Position numbers and translations under genes: made by a program. This document shows, in pieces, positions 58,056 to 64,000 of a stretch of DNA of 64,000 nt (the stretch's first letter is position 1; each line of letters starts with the position of its first letter). A model generated the notes under the pieces. That model was not told where the DNA came from, searched no databases, and saw only the letters and a program-made list of their open reading frames with translations. This DNA is from Candidatus Thorarchaeota archaeon. Lineage in GTDB: Archaea > Asgardarchaeota > Thorarchaeia > Thorarchaeales > Thorarchaeaceae. The stretch is from contig RDNZ01000001.1 in NCBI GenBank assembly GCA_011364905.1, forward strand, positions 96,001-160,000. The letters are read 5' to 3'.

Positions 58056-58967
58056 ATGGATGATATCGATAAGAGAATCATATTCCAACTTGATTCAGAC
58101 TGCAGAATGACATACCAAAAAATGGCTGACAAACTAGGTATTACTGCTACTGCTGTGAAAAAGAGAGTCACGAAATTACTGGAGCGAGGGGTGATAGATC
58201 GCTTCATTACTACGCTCAACTTCGAGATGATTGATTCCGACCTAGTACTAGCCATAGTCCAGACAGATGGTTCTGAATTCGAGGAGGACTTCATTGACGA
58301 ATTAGGAGAACCATCCTTTGTATTCCAAGTCAGTCCCATTGCTTGTGGTAAAGGAGGTCTTTATGCTGTGTTTGCTGTTACTAGCGGGCTTTCTGGCCTT
58401 TCAGAATTTGGGACATTCATACGAACCTTGAAACCAGTTGCAAATTCGGAGATTCATGTTCTTCTTTATCCTAAAGGGAAAAAAGTCAACCTGACAAAGA
58501 CTCAGCTTCGAGTTTTGAAATATTTGGTCGAAAATCCGCGTATGTCTATCGTGGAGATTGCAGACCTAAGTGGAATGACTGCGAGGAGAATTAGACGTAC
58601 AATCGAGGAGTTGCAAGAAGGAGAAGGGATTCTCTTCGCCGTCATCTGGAACCTTGGAATAGGTGGACTAACCGAAGTCCTATTGCGAATTGAGTGGGAT
58701 GAGAAAAATACCGATCATGAATCAGTTATAGCTTGGCTTAGGAAAAGGTATCCTCTCGAATACTGGTCACCATTCATCAGCGCCGCATTCCCTGTCATCT
58801 TTGCTCGTTTTGTTGTAGAGAAACTTGAAACTATCGAATCAATTGCACGAGAGGTGAAAAGAGCACCATTTGTGAAATCTTTATCGACCCTAGTCTTTTA
58901 TTCCAACTATCTATTCAATTGGCCTGGTGTCACAGAGCTAAGACGACTCTTTGAAACTGAACTATGA
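58056..58967 (+). CDS. Tandem (double) Lrp/AsnC family regulator
   Basis: MDDIDKRII..LD.DCR..Y...A..LG.T..AVKKRV and a second HTH (VLKYLVENPRMS..EIA..SGMTARRI); paralog of 56591..57514. Confidence 0.88.
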   Translation: MDDIDKRIIFQLDSDCRMTYQKMADKLGITATAVKKRVTKLLERGVIDRFITTLNFEMIDSDLVLAIVQTDGSEFEEDFIDELGEPSFVFQVSPIACGKGGLYAVFAVTSGLSGLSEFGTFIRTLKPVANSEIHVLLYPKGKKVNLTKTQLRVLKYLVENPRMSIVEIADLSGMTARRIRRTIEELQEGEGILFAVIWNLGIGGLTEVLLRIEWDEKNTDHESVIAWLRKRYPLEYWSPFISAAFPVIFARFVVEKLETIESIAREVKRAPFVKSLSTLVFYSNYLFNWPGVTELRRLFETEL

Positions 58968-58995
58968 TAGATCTAAACTTTTACCAAGGTGCGCG

Positions 58996-59613
58996 TTAAA
59001 CAGTAATTCCACTACGGACCGTAGACACAAGCGCTTCCTTAATTTTGTCCCACTTGAACTTGATACCTGCTGTCACCATAAGGTTTGACAATCCTCCAAT
59101 CGCGCTTATCAAGATGGCAGCAAGACTGTTAGCATCAACCTCTTTCCTGAACTCGCCTGATTCAATGCCTTCTTTGATAGTGTCCTCAAGGAGTTTCATA
59201 ACCGCCATCTGCTGAAATCTATGCTGTTTTCTCATTTTTGGCGATCGAGAAGAGGCCACTTGAAACTCAAGATCCATTAGACACATTTCCTCAGAGACCT
59301 CGCACATGGATGCAAAGACAAGGTCTGCAGTTCGCTCAAGCTTTGCCAAAGCTGTTTTCTCTTTATCAATCACTGCTTTGAGCTCCAGATAGTTCAGTGT
59401 CGCAAACTTCTTCTGAAGCTCGATAAACAGGGCTTCTTTGCTATCAAAGTAACCATAGATTGCACCCTTGCTAAAGCCGCTCTCTTCAACAATGTCATCC
59501 ATGGAAGTTTCATGATAACCTTTCCGCGAGAATAGGGTTATTGATGCTTCAAGGATCTTCTCCCTCATCATAGTCTTGTATTCATCAGATACTTTCGGAG
59601 ACAATAAGGACAC
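58996..59613 (-). CDS. TetR/AcrR family regulator
   Basis: ILEAS..LFSRKGYHETSMDDIV.ESG.SKGAIY.YF.SKE. Confidence 0.93.
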   Translation of the reverse strand: MSLLSPKVSDEYKTMMREKILEASITLFSRKGYHETSMDDIVEESGFSKGAIYGYFDSKEALFIELQKKFATLNYLELKAVIDKEKTALAKLERTADLVFASMCEVSEEMCLMDLEFQVASSRSPKMRKQHRFQQMAVMKLLEDTIKEGIESGEFRKEVDANSLAAILISAIGGLSNLMVTAGIKFKWDKIKEALVSTVRSGITV

Positions 59614-59631
59614 CTCATCGTATGCTATATA

Positions 59632-59649
59632 AAACTGACTGGTCGGTTT
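59632..59649. promoter_or_regulatory. TetR operator, copy 1
   Basis: AAACTGACTGGTCGGTTT imperfect palindrome next to the TATA box of tetR. Confidence 0.75.
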
Positions 59650-59714
59650 AATATAAATCTATTGTACTGAACGGGATGTTGCCCTCGATCTCTCAAGGGC
59701 AACCATTGATTACA

Positions 59715-61079
59715 TCAGTCCTCCTCGAGGTCAATTGTGATCTCGCCAAGAGGCAGGATGGATTTGTTCATCCCAGCAAAGACCCCTATTACAGCGAGAA
59801 GGATGCCTCCAATGAGGTACCAAGTCTGAATGCCAAAAACGTCACCAATCGCACCGGCCGCTCCTAGTCCAATAGGTGTCATAATGGGGCCAAGACTGAT
59901 CAAGACTGTAAAGACTCGGCCTTGAATGTGGGGAGGAACGACTGCCTGCACTATAGCCATGATTGAACCGCTAGCAAGGGGAATCATCATTCCAGCAAGG
60001 AACATCCCGGCAACTGCCAGTTGTATCAGATTAGCTGGTGTTATCCCGACCAAGACGATGCTTGCAGATGCAATAAGGATAGCCATCAATGCTGTGAGCA
60101 TTCTTCTTCTGAAGCCGCCCCAGACACCCAATGCAATGCCGCCGAGAACCATACCAACCCCCATCATTGACTCAATCAATGCAAGTTCGAAAGCACCACC
60201 AGCAAAGTGACGCAGCACGAGAAGAGGTGTAAGTGCAAAGGTTGGGATCAGTACGAAATTAATCACCATCATAGCGACCGCAATGAACCGTCCACCTTTC
60301 CAGTTCTTCATATATGAAAAACCTTCAACGATGTCCTCAATTACACCCGATGTGACCGAATCATGCCTCAACTCAGTCGAGGTAGGTTCTGGAACCTGAA
60401 TCATGAACAATGGCAAGACTGCTAGCGCAGCGGTAGCAACATCAACCATGAGTATTAGCTGCATGGGCAGAAACACCAAGAGGACTGCACCCATTGCGGG
60501 AGCAGCTATCTTGGCAAGACCCTGTAGAGCCTGGTACATTCCATTCACCCGTGAAAGATGTTCCTCTGGCACCATCAAAGATGCCGATGCCTGTAGTGCA
60601 GGCCACTGGAAACTGCCTAACGTTGAACGGACAGCCATTACAGCAAACACATGGATGAACTCAACCACGCCCATTGTCCAAAGGGAAGCTAGAACCACTA
60701 TTGCCAGAGCTGATAGTGTGTCTGAAACAATCATAACTCGGCGGCGACTCCAGCGATCAACTAGTGCGCCAGCGAAGGGACTGACTAAGATCTGAGGTAA
60801 GATGACCATCATAGTTGCCAGTGAAAGAATTACTGCACTCCCGGTCGTGTAGGTCAGCCACCAGACAAGTGCAAATTGGACAAGTGCACTGCCAACGAGA
60901 GAGAACGCCTGTCCACCAAAGATCTTCATGTAATCCTTCATCTGAGTAGGTTTCAGTATTGGGATTTCTTGGAGAGATTCAACAGCCATTGATTCAGTCT
61001 GCGGTAGCACTATACTAACCTGATGCGCATTCGTTGTAGATCCATCAAGATTTGGTTCATTCTTTGAGAGTAAAGTCAA
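59715..61079 (-). CDS. MFS efflux transporter (MefA-like, DHA3 type)
   Basis: GQAFSLVGSALVQFALVWWL, AGALVDRWSRRRVM..SD, FQWPA.QA...MVP..L.R.NG, QGRVF; start uncertain. Confidence 0.9.
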   Translation of the reverse strand: MTLLSKNEPNLDGSTTNAHQVSIVLPQTESMAVESLQEIPILKPTQMKDYMKIFGGQAFSLVGSALVQFALVWWLTYTTGSAVILSLATMMVILPQILVSPFAGALVDRWSRRRVMIVSDTLSALAIVVLASLWTMGVVEFIHVFAVMAVRSTLGSFQWPALQASASLMVPEEHLSRVNGMYQALQGLAKIAAPAMGAVLLVFLPMQLILMVDVATAALAVLPLFMIQVPEPTSTELRHDSVTSGVIEDIVEGFSYMKNWKGGRFIAVAMMVINFVLIPTFALTPLLVLRHFAGGAFELALIESMMGVGMVLGGIALGVWGGFRRRMLTALMAILIASASIVLVGITPANLIQLAVAGMFLAGMMIPLASGSIMAIVQAVVPPHIQGRVFTVLISLGPIMTPIGLGAAGAIGDVFGIQTWYLIGGILLAVIGVFAGMNKSILPLGEITIDLEED

Positions 61080-61105
61080 TTTTGATACACTCCATGTATT
61101 TATTA

Positions 61106-61154
61106 AAACCGACTGGGCGGTTTTTATTATTAAAATAAACTGACTAGTCGGTTT
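61106..61154. promoter_or_regulatory. TetR operator, copies 2 and 3
   Basis: AAACCGACTGGGCGGTTT 61106-61123 and AAACTGACTAGTCGGTTT 61137-61154, next to TTTATAAA. Confidence 0.78.
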
Positions 61155-61246
61155 ATAAATGTATCTACTCCAGTCAGAATTCAGAAAAACAGAGATTTAC
61201 AGAAGTATCTCTTTAGAAAAAGCATACGGGATGAGAGTACGAAGAA

Positions 61247-62710
61247 CTATTCAGACACTCGAGCCAAGTTCTTTGCGAGCTTCTTCTTCTCCTCTATGTC
61301 ACTTAAGCGGTTAATCATTATTCTCTGTGCCTGAGGAGAGCCAGCACCATGCATTGATTCAGTTAGATATCCAACAGCAGCCCGGCCGAGTGTCAGGTTC
61401 TCAATAAGTCTGAGCATCTTCACACGATCCATTGTGTCAACCCCCTCTGCTCCAGCCAGATACTTCTCGACGATTTCACGGGTTTCAGGATTATTGAGCT
61501 CTCGTGCACTTGGACAGGTAACAAAGAGCCCTCCAGCTATGTCCTGCAAGAGTCGGGATATTTCATAGGGAAACCGCGTCACGTTTTGCTTGCACACATT
61601 TGCTAATAGAAGATCAACGAGATAGTTGCCTGCAGGAGTCTTGTGTCCCGCAGCTGAACAAGCAATTCCACAGGAATATAGCGTTTCATTCAGGTGAACC
61701 ATCTCTGTGATTTTATCTTTGATGTGGGATGCCTTTTCAACTCCATTATATTCTGCAATGGATGCAGCCGCCCCAACGAGAACATCTCCAACTCCAACCT
61801 TGCAACCACCATAACTCTGACGATGGTAGGCTGCAAAGGACTCAACCAACCTATTGCAGAACTCGCTCTCGCCATTCATGAAGATGCGTTCGTTGGGTAC
61901 GAATACATTATCAAAAACAATGAGGCACTCTTGGCCTCCAAAAGTGGGATTACCACAGTCCACGTCTCCAGTTTCTGTCTGGTCTAGTCGACGAAGATCA
62001 CACGATTGGCGTCCATAATAGTAGGTGATACCCTCTGCATCTGCAGGAATAGCACAACAGATTGCATAGTCCTTGTCTTCGTTCCGCATCGCCAAGGTAG
62101 GCATGATGAGATGTTCGTGGGAGTTTATAGCTCCAGTTTGATGCGCCTTGGCGCCCCGTATCACAACACCATCGTTTCTTCGCTCAGCAACATGGACAAA
62201 GAGATCAGGATCCTTTTGTTCCGAGGGTCGTTTGCTACGGTCACCTTTTGGATCGGTCATGCATCCATCAATTACCCAATCTTCAGCTTCTGCTTTTTTG
62301 ATATACTCAATGAACCTCTTGTTATAGTCAGTTTTGAACTGCTGGTCAATCTCGTAGGTAGTGAGATAGACTGCGTTCAGCGCGTCCATGCCAACACATC
62401 TCTGAAAACATGTTCCTGATAGCTGGCCAAGTACGCGTTGCATCTTGACCTTGTCCTGAAGGTCCTCTGTGCTATTATGCAAATGGCAAAACCTATTGAT
62501 CCTGTTTCCTGTAATCACGGACTTAGCGGTCATTAGGTCTGAGAACCTTTCATCATGAGCCAAATCATAGGTGAGCGCCACTGAATTGATTGATGCTCTG
62601 ATTATTGGATGATCTATAGGATTCTCGATCTTCTCACCAAGCATGTATATCTTGAGAGGACCGCGTTTTCTCAGACTCTCTATATATTCTTCACCAGTCT
62701 TCAGAACCAT
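61247..62710 (-). CDS. abfD: 4-hydroxybutyryl-CoA dehydratase / vinylacetyl-CoA isomerase
   Basis: KTGEEYIESLR, GTCFQRCVGMD, MTDPKGDR, GAKAHQTG, YHRQSYGGCKVG, ESMHGAGSPQAQR; start moved to 62710. Confidence 0.93.
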   Translation of the reverse strand: MVLKTGEEYIESLRKRGPLKIYMLGEKIENPIDHPIIRASINSVALTYDLAHDERFSDLMTAKSVITGNRINRFCHLHNSTEDLQDKVKMQRVLGQLSGTCFQRCVGMDALNAVYLTTYEIDQQFKTDYNKRFIEYIKKAEAEDWVIDGCMTDPKGDRSKRPSEQKDPDLFVHVAERRNDGVVIRGAKAHQTGAINSHEHLIMPTLAMRNEDKDYAICCAIPADAEGITYYYGRQSCDLRRLDQTETGDVDCGNPTFGGQECLIVFDNVFVPNERIFMNGESEFCNRLVESFAAYHRQSYGGCKVGVGDVLVGAAASIAEYNGVEKASHIKDKITEMVHLNETLYSCGIACSAAGHKTPAGNYLVDLLLANVCKQNVTRFPYEISRLLQDIAGGLFVTCPSARELNNPETREIVEKYLAGAEGVDTMDRVKMLRLIENLTLGRAAVGYLTESMHGAGSPQAQRIMINRLSDIEEKKKLAKNLARVSE

Positions 62711-62776
62711 CAATGGCAACTCCTTTTCAAGAGGTGGTTCTATTTGATATCTCGAAATCACTTATGAGCTGTTCTA

Positions 62777-63610
62777 TTAGTCGAAGTGCTCATCAAGCCA
62801 AGTTCCAAGTGGGTCCCAGCTTCCAGGAGGAAAATCGGAGTGTGTTCCACCTTTCGCGATGTGAAACATTTTTTCAGTTGATGGAATTTCATCGAAAAGT
62901 GCCCTGCAGTCCTCAACTGTAAATAACTCGTCTTTGTCACCCACTCCAACAAAGATAGGCATATCTCCAAAGTCTGGAAATGTGAAGTCTCGAATACTGG
63001 TAATCTTCATGAATCTGTAGGTATAGTTGAAATTGAAGAGAGGATTATCAAGTCCAAGCATCCCTTCACGATAATACTTTATCACAGGTTTACTGGGTCT
63101 AAAAACAGAACTGAAGAAGATTTTCAGTTTTTGAGTTGTAGACATAGGTGGATAGGCACCGGGTCTAGTCCTACGAGCTCCGCTCAGGAGGACAGCACCA
63201 TCTATATTCTCGAGACAATTGTTGAAAGCAATTGCACTTGACAGGACTCCAAGACTATGGCCCAATATAACAACTTTCGGATGAATCTGCTTGACGAACT
63301 GGATTGTTTCACAGAGGTCCTTGATGAATCGCTCCTTGCTTGGATAGTCGCCTCGATTCCCATCAGAGAGTCCGTGTCCCCGCAGATCAAGACCATAAAC
63401 TGTGAATCCCAAATCTGTGAGAGGTCTGGTAATTAATCCATACGGACCGCTATATGCAGTGATTCCATGAAATAGAAGTATCGCTGTACTCTTGGAAACT
63501 TCACTTCTAGACTCCCATTCTCTAAGAAAGAGGATTTTGTTATCAGAGGTTCTAATTAGATGATGGGGACCTTCGAATTGATTCTGGAGGGACTGAATAT
63601 CGAGTGCCAT
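62777..63610 (-). CDS. Alpha/beta hydrolase (lysophospholipase / monoacylglycerol lipase-like)
   Basis: LFHGI, DLRGHGLS.G.RG, GHSLG, GDKDEL, GTH; start moved to 63610. Confidence 0.9.
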   Translation of the reverse strand: MALDIQSLQNQFEGPHHLIRTSDNKILFLREWESRSEVSKSTAILLFHGITAYSGPYGLITRPLTDLGFTVYGLDLRGHGLSDGNRGDYPSKERFIKDLCETIQFVKQIHPKVVILGHSLGVLSSAIAFNNCLENIDGAVLLSGARRTRPGAYPPMSTTQKLKIFFSSVFRPSKPVIKYYREGMLGLDNPLFNFNYTYRFMKITSIRDFTFPDFGDMPIFVGVGDKDELFTVEDCRALFDEIPSTEKMFHIAKGGTHSDFPPGSWDPLGTWLDEHFD

Positions 63611-63692
63611 ACTATCACTTTGTGAAAAGCATGTGTTGGTGCCTAAAGTATTCTCCCCCCTCAATCAGCTAGACATTACTTGGACAAATCTA

Positions 63693-64000
63693 TCATTCTC
63701 TGTACGCCTTGAAGATTTCAATGACCTCGCTATCAGGTACATCATACCAATTCCTGTATGCATTGGCAACTGCGAAAATGAATCCCGACTCTATCCTTGG
63801 ACAGATAAGATTCTCAACTTTGGCTCCAACGAGATCTGCAGCGCTGCGAGATGATGTTGGAACTGCCACAGTAATACTAATCGGCCCCAAAGTTCCTACT
63901 GATTCAACCGCGGCCATCATTGTGTATCCACTAGCAAGCCCGTCATCTACAAGAATGACGTCCTTGTCAGATATGTCGATGATTCCCACAAGACCACGAT
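63693..64000 (-). CDS. Type I phosphoribosyltransferase-like protein, 3' part; truncated by window edge
   Basis: VILVDDGLASGYTM PRPP motif, VAVP, FAVA.AY..W.D..D.EV. Confidence 0.85.
   Translation of the reverse strand, partial: RGLVGIIDISDKDVILVDDGLASGYTMMAAVESVGTLGPISITVAVPTSSRSAADLVGAKVENLICPRIESGFIFAVANAYRNWYDVPDSEVIEIFKAYRE

Noticed and set aside
1-64000. Mobile elements, prophage, tRNA/rRNA, CRISPR arrays, and the many 60-190 aa antisense or overlapping ORFs
   Set aside because: I saw no transposase, integrase, terminal repeats, cloverleaf or repeat-spacer patterns by eye. The short ORFs lie within motif-supported genes and lack their own signals

Overview
This is a gene-dense archaeal chromosome segment. 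I infer an Asgard archaeon, probably Thorarchaeia-like, from TATA-box and leaderless starts, GGTGA/GGAGG ribosome-binding sites, Ig-like surface proteins with a TM-plus-basic-tail anchor, many TPR proteins and double-domain Lrp regulators. I saw no rRNA, tRNA, CRISPR array or transposase. Main content: (1) A ~10 kb, nine-gene heterodisulfide-reductase-like operon (31.8-41.9 kb, minus strand): hdrC-hdrB-hdrC-hdrB, a 1126-aa HdrA with an inserted GltD/NfnB-type NAD(P)H module, mvhD, two complementary truncated hdrA genes and a small wHTH gene. It has no hydrogenase or formate dehydrogenase subunit. (2) Peptide and amino-acid catabolism genes: S9, M24 and C25 peptidases, thiolase, 4-hydroxybutyryl-CoA dehydratase, an aminotransferase and PduO. 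(3) Two molybdoenzymes, one with a ferredoxin inserted into its last domain. (4) Many ArsR, TetR and Lrp regulators, several with readable palindromic operators. (5) A TPR-nitrilase fusion. Features the ORF track misses or mis-starts include several small genes of 39-67 aa and a highly structured ~190-nt leader that hides the Shine-Dalgarno of a 67-aa basic protein. There is also a recurring cassette of TATA box, palindromic operator, small Arg-terminated protein and G-U-containing hairpin beside ArsR-type regulators. One such cassette is a 39-aa CxxC peptide divergent from a TRASH-domain metal-sensor regulator. Many starts were moved downstream relative to the ORF track. All product calls come from motif recognition, not database searches.
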